Source: Gracilinanus agilis
Lineage: Eukaryota
Direction: 5' to 3'
Assembly: GCF_016433145.1 (NCBI RefSeq)
Contig: NC_058130.1
Coordinates: 361,978,951 to 362,042,950, forward strand
Length of the DNA stretch: 64,000 bases
A program made the position numbers and the translations under genes. Below the pieces are notes generated by a model, which saw nothing but the letters and a program-made list of their open reading frames with translations, had not been told where the DNA came from and made no database searches. Of this stretch, positions 63,668 to 64,000 are shown in pieces (the first letter of the stretch is position 1; every line of letters starts with the position of its first letter).

Positions 63668-63791
63668 CTGTACACAACTTTTGATATTCCTTTATCATTT
63701 CCATCAATAAGCATCCCATCTAGGCATCTAAAAATGAATGGATTTCCAATGGACTGGAAAAAAATTGGCTCATGCTGCTGATACACTGTAC
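63668..63791 (-). CDS. SETD9: SETD9 exon 3 (GTVYQQHEPIFFQSIGNPFIFRCLDGMLIDGNDKGISKVVYR)
   Basis: Minus strand ttaatAG / 124 nt / GTaagt; read manually; matches the mammalian SETD9 (C5orf35) peptide as recalled. Confidence 0.93.
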
Positions 63792-64000
63792 CTATTAATA
63801 CAAGACAGGAACATGAATATATTAAATCCACAAACATCTGGACAGCTTTATTTTGAGGGGAAACTCAAGGCTATTCCTTTTCCCTAATATATTCTGGCCT
63901 TTTGTAAGAGATTTGAAAGAGCTCAGAATGCCTTGTATGTAAGAATCTAATTTTTGTTGGTAGATTTTACTTCAACTCTCTACCTCTTAAAGAAAAAAAG

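Overview
This is eukaryotic (marsupial) genomic DNA, not prokaryotic. The tRNA-head SINEs resemble SINE1_Mdo, which points to a didelphid, most likely Monodelphis domestica. Two convergent protein-coding genes are present. (1) MIER3 on +: a CpG-island tail (intron 1) and 12 coding exons (exons 2-13, 498..28268). These splice in frame with GT-AG boundaries to 547 codons plus stop, matching the 550-aa mammalian protein once the Met-Ala-Glu first exon (upstream of the window) is added. A ~3.6-kb 3'UTR ends near AATAAA 31879. (2) SETD9 on -: exons 3-6 (63791 down to the stop at 39976); exons 1-2 lie beyond the right edge. The ORF track misses most SETD9 exons. The rest is intronic/intergenic DNA rich in SINEs, L1/HAL1, L2, CR1/L3, two solo LTRs with TSDs and large simple repeats, with two N gaps. 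I found no new gene family or multi-gene system. The best leads are: a >=555-nt AG-free pyrimidine tract against the SETD9 exon 5 acceptor; an unidentified 208-bp insert between perfect 18-bp direct repeats; a minisatellite born inside a MIR; an LTR just behind the SETD9 3' end; and several MIER3 isoform and 3'UTR regulatory signals. Repeat family names and orthologue comparisons are from memory and need RepeatMasker/BLAST confirmation.
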